From Octopus bimaculoides (lineage: Eukaryota), in contig NC_068986.1 of assembly GCF_001194135.2 (NCBI RefSeq), forward strand, positions 103,926,078 to 103,964,255: a DNA stretch of 38,178 nt, read 5' to 3'. A program made the translations under genes and the position numbers. The notes beneath the pieces are model-generated. The model did no database searches, was not told the DNA's origin, and saw only the letters and a list, made by a program, of their open reading frames with translations. Shown piece after piece: positions 33,290-38,178 of this stretch; positions within the stretch are counted from its first letter, which is position 1; every line of letters begins with the position of its first letter.

Positions 33290-34640
33290 TCGGAGGTTCT
33301 TGCTTCTCGAGCCCTTAGCAGATGTGTACAGAATTTCAACAGCACTTTGCTGAAATTTACGGAGCGTCCGGTGGGTCTGAGCTGGAAGTAGATTTCACCT
33401 GCTGCCTCGATGGCATGCCATCCCTTTCGGCCAAGGATGCAAAGTTCTGCAAAATACCGATAACAGCCGAAGACATACGGAATGCGATGACTAGCTGCAC
33501 AAAGGTGAAGTCTCCGAGGCTTGAAACTCTGCCCGTCGAACTTTAATCTTCATATGATATACATGTTCGGTGATCTCTTGATGGATGTCTTCTGAAACTG
33601 GCAACTGAACGAGAGAATTCTCAGTGCTGTATATCGTGGTGTGGTGGTGGTTCTGCTAAGAAATGATCCGAACAATGGGGACGAAGTAGATAATTTTAGG
33701 CTCATTACTCTACTGAACGCAGACTACTAGATTTTGGCGATTTTTAGCAAAGTGGTTGGCGTCTGTCGCCAATAAACTGGTCATTGACGCACAGACATGC
33801 GCTATCCCAAACAGATCTATCCACTGTAACCTCCACCTCAAACGTTACATCATAGTGAAAGTCAATAAGGAACCTGGCATAGGTGTGGCGCTCTTCAATT
33901 TGGATCAATCAAAAGGTTTTGATTGCGTTGACCGTCAATACTTGGATGCTATCCGTGAGGCAGCCAGTTTCAGTCCCGTTATCAGAAGCTGGATCACTGC
34001 AATCTACTGTTCAGTAGTGAAAGTGAATGGCCATTTATCGGAATCGATTGATCCGTCAAGGATGCCCACTCTCGCCTCTTCTGTACGTGCTGACTCTCGA
34101 GCCATTACTACAAAAGCTGGATGTTTCGAGTGACATCCCACGTGAACTAGGATGACGAGAGTCTGTGTCGGCTTTTGCGGACGACGTCACTGTATAGTGT
34201 AGGACATCTAGGAAATGGAATTGATCGGCACTATCTTAAGGGAATACGAAGCATTGAAAGGTGCAAATATTAACCAGGAGAAGTTGAGGCCTATGGTTAA
34301 TTTCCAGAAATTTCTGGCCTGATGGCGGTTCGAAAAAAGCTTTGCAAGCACGGAAGTACTGTCACACAGACATGTCCGAGATGTGAGTAGGCGTAGGGCG
34401 ATGAAACCGCTCTGCATATATTCATCCATTGTCCGGGCATTAGTGACTTATGGAGCTTTGCCGAACAACTGTTGACGCGTATAGGACGCATCTGGTTATA
34501 GGCCGATTCCATCTAGAAGATCGCCGCGCCACCATCTGTTAGCTGGGAAGGACAGGTAGCTTTCCTCCGTCATATGACTGTGGCGAAAGAGGTAGTGTGG
34601 TGGATGGGGTGGAAAGAACTGAAGCCATACACATGCATTA
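33290..34640 (+). mobile_element. L1/Tx1-clade LINE RT relic
   Basis: PITAEDIRNAM...KSP, DNFRLITLLNADY*ILA, QTCAIPNRSIHCNLHL, ALFNLDQSKGFDCVD, SWITAIY, VKVNGHLS match the L1/Tx1 RT domain order; many disruptions. Confidence 0.78.
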
Positions 34641-35120
34641 CAACTTATAAACTCTCTTCGGTCTGAATACCTTTTATTGCCCTCACTACTTCAATACTCA
34701 TTACCCCACTTTTCGGGTTAGCTTTATCTCTTCCCTATCTCAAATTTTAATATCCTGTCTCTTTAAATGTCGGTTATATGTATTTCTGATTATTTTCTAT
34801 ATATTCTCATTATTTTGTTTTATTATTTCCATATCCTTACCTATTAACCTCTTATCTCTTATAAATTGTCACATTTCTAGTTCTTAGATAGATATTCTTC
34901 AGTTACTGAAGTCTATGCCAAATGGTTATATTACATCCATATAAACGTATAAATATTTGTGTGTATGTGTATATATGTATATATGCACATATATAAATGT
35001 GTGTGTATCTGTATGCAACTTTACTTTTTTTCTGATTTTGAGTGTGACAAGCACAAGAAATATATAAAATAAATGATTCTGGAGCACTTATTGAAATCTT
35101 GTATGAATTTTTGATTTTAG

Positions 35121-35300
35121 ATGATCCTATCTGTAGCCAATTCCCCTTTGGACTTAACCGTGACCCTAATGATTGCCATAGGTTCATTCCTTGCTACAAT
35201 CGAACCTCATATCCTTCAATGGCATGCCAAGCTGGTCTTTTCTTTAGCGTCAATGAACAGAGATGTACCACGGAAGGTACTGCGAATTGTAGAATCCAAT
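35121..35300 (+). CDS. Gene C exon 2: peritrophin-A/CBM14 domain 2 (180 nt, phase 1-1)
   Basis: ttttAG acceptor 35119-20, T|GTAAGT donor 35300/01; (N)DPICSQFPFGLNRDPNDCHRFIPCYNRTSYPSMACQAGLFFSVNEQRCTTEGTANCRIQ; 42/60 aa identical to gene A exon 2. Confidence 0.92.
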
Positions 35301-35599
35301 GTAAGTTACTTTTATAATTCATTCTATCATATCTTCCTCTAGAAGTGGAGTTTCTTAAATAACGGATTATGAAATTTTCTAGGTTTCTGGTGGGCATAGT
35401 AATGGAAAAAACGTTATCCTTCCAGTTAATGTAACGTAAATTTGGACAATCATTAACTTTTCTGACATTGTAAAAAACAATACCTTTCAAAATTTTTAGA
35501 AATTTAATTCTTAGTACACGGTGCTGATTGTTTCCCGTTCATTGAAGAATATAATATCTGCGAAGACCATTTATTCTTTGAAACGAAATACAATCCCTA

Positions 35600-35801
35600 G
35601 TTACTCTTTTACTTGTTTCAGTCATTTGACTGCGGCTATGCTGGAGCACCGCCTTTTAGTCGAGCAAATCGACCCCAGGACTTATTCTTTGTAAGCCTAG
35701 TACTTATTCTATCGGTCTCTTTTTGCCGAACCGCTAAGTTACGGGGACGTAAACACACCAGCCTCGGTTGTCAAGCAAAGTTGAGGGGACAAACACAGAC
35801 A

Positions 35802-35899
<98 letters not shown>

Positions 35900-36070
35900 C
35901 ATATATACGACGGGCTTCTTTCAGTTTCCATCTACCAAATCCACTCACAAGGCTTTGGTCGGCCCGAGTCTATAGTAGAAGACACTTGCCCAACGTGCCA
36001 CACAGTGGGAATGAACCCGGAACCATGTGGTTGGTAAGCAAGCTACTTACCACCCACCCACTCCTGTGCC
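35600..36070 (-). mobile_element. SINE family 1, full length with long (CA)n
   Basis: Highly similar to 11975-12370. Confidence 0.85.
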
Positions 36071-36299
36071 TATAATAGAAATGCATGCTTTTACATTTCA
36101 TGGATTATATATTTAAAAATGTATTACATATTTTTAAAAAACAAATGCCTCAAAAAATCTCTTCGGGTTTCTCATGTGGAGTTGAGCCCCTTTTATACGA
36201 ATTTTGACACTATTGCTCAATACTGTTGGCTAATTTTAATCTAGATGGTCTTTTCTACTAAGCGCCAGTTTATAATAATAATTGTTTTTTTCTACTAAA

Positions 36300-37150
<851 letters not shown>

Positions 37151-37887
37151 GTCGCTTTAACTATTTGATAAATTAATTCACTAAAAACGGTTTTTCCTGA
37201 ATATGCGCCTTTGAAATTATGGAGGGTAACTACTTAACACACTCGTGTCTTCGAGAAAAGAACAATATTTTTGTATATGCCATAAATGCATTATATTTAC
37301 CATATATATTTTACACGTTTTAGATATTTGACTATGGCTATACTGGGGCAGCGCCTGGTGGGGGGGGGTGTTAGTCGAACATGGAGCACTGTATTTGATT
37401 TTTCAAAGTTTTGTAATTATTATATTGTTCCGATTGGCTCAACTGCTGATGTAAACATTGGTTGTTAAGTTGTAATGAGGAGAAATGCATACAGAAAAAC
37501 GCGTGGGAGCACGCGTGCACACACACACACACACAAACACACAAACACACAGAAACACACACACGCACACATAGGCTATATTAAATCTCTGAGCGAGTGG
37601 TTGGCATTAACAGTACGGAAATATAAAATGTATCTGCCAACTCGATGTGGCGGTCTCATTCAGGACGATGTTACTGTAGTTCTTAGTCTCGGGAAAACAT
37701 CTTCTCCAGCTGACTAACGACACCCTGTCTGTGTCCGATTACTATTTTCGAGGATATATATATCCTCGCAAATACTAATCGGACATATGTATATATATAT
37801 ATAAGTATGTATGTGTGTGCGTGTATGTGTAAGTATATATATGTATTTGTATATGCATATATATGTATGCATGTATGTATGCACGTC

Positions 37888-37943
<56 letters not shown>

Positions 37944-38178
37944 TTATAGTTTCAGCTTAGAGCTGCGGCCATGCTGATGCACCGCCGTGTTGCTACACTG
38001 TTATTACAGGGAACCTCTTACAATTTGCGGCATTTGGTGAAGAATGGAGTTTGATTTAGCAATCCTCATTTGCACCTCCTGCCGCGAGGTAGGTTCATCT
38101 AGGACTCTCGACAGGAAGAGGTCCAGCTTTAATTTAAAAACCCCTACGTCTACTTTGTGCAGGTTCCTCAGTCTCTTT

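Overview
AT-rich, microsatellite-dense animal genomic DNA with six assembly gaps. The tRNA-headed SINE families, (ATT)n load and invertebrate chitin-binding genes suggest a mollusc, most likely an octopus (inference). The genic content is a same-strand tandem cluster of three paralogues sharing a TATA/Inr/GATA promoter and a 'MEFR(I/V)AA' signal peptide. Gene A (join 6828-7104, 12563-12742, 14238-14239) encodes a 152-aa secreted protein with two 6-Cys peritrophin-A/CBM14 chitin-binding domains; its TAA stop is split by the last intron. Gene C (26766-27042, 35121-35300, last exon not found in the window) is a paralogue, 113/152 aa identical by my count. Gene B (20881-21066, 22396-22400) is missed by the ORF track and is the most interesting object. 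It keeps gene A's promoter (122/140 nt identical) and terminal exon but has lost the second domain, and its mature region is rewritten. Correcting two frameshifts gives a signal peptide plus a 40-aa, 4-Cys, His-containing peptide ending at an in-frame stop in the terminal exon. The rest is transposon debris: about 13 R4/Dong-like LINE fragments tied to (TAA)n tracts (12 antisense to the genes), a DD34E Tc1 element with a visible empty site, a Tc1-derived MITE, Tx1-, RTE- and Penelope-like relics, and several SINE families. Most ORFs in the supplied track are microsatellite or gap artefacts.
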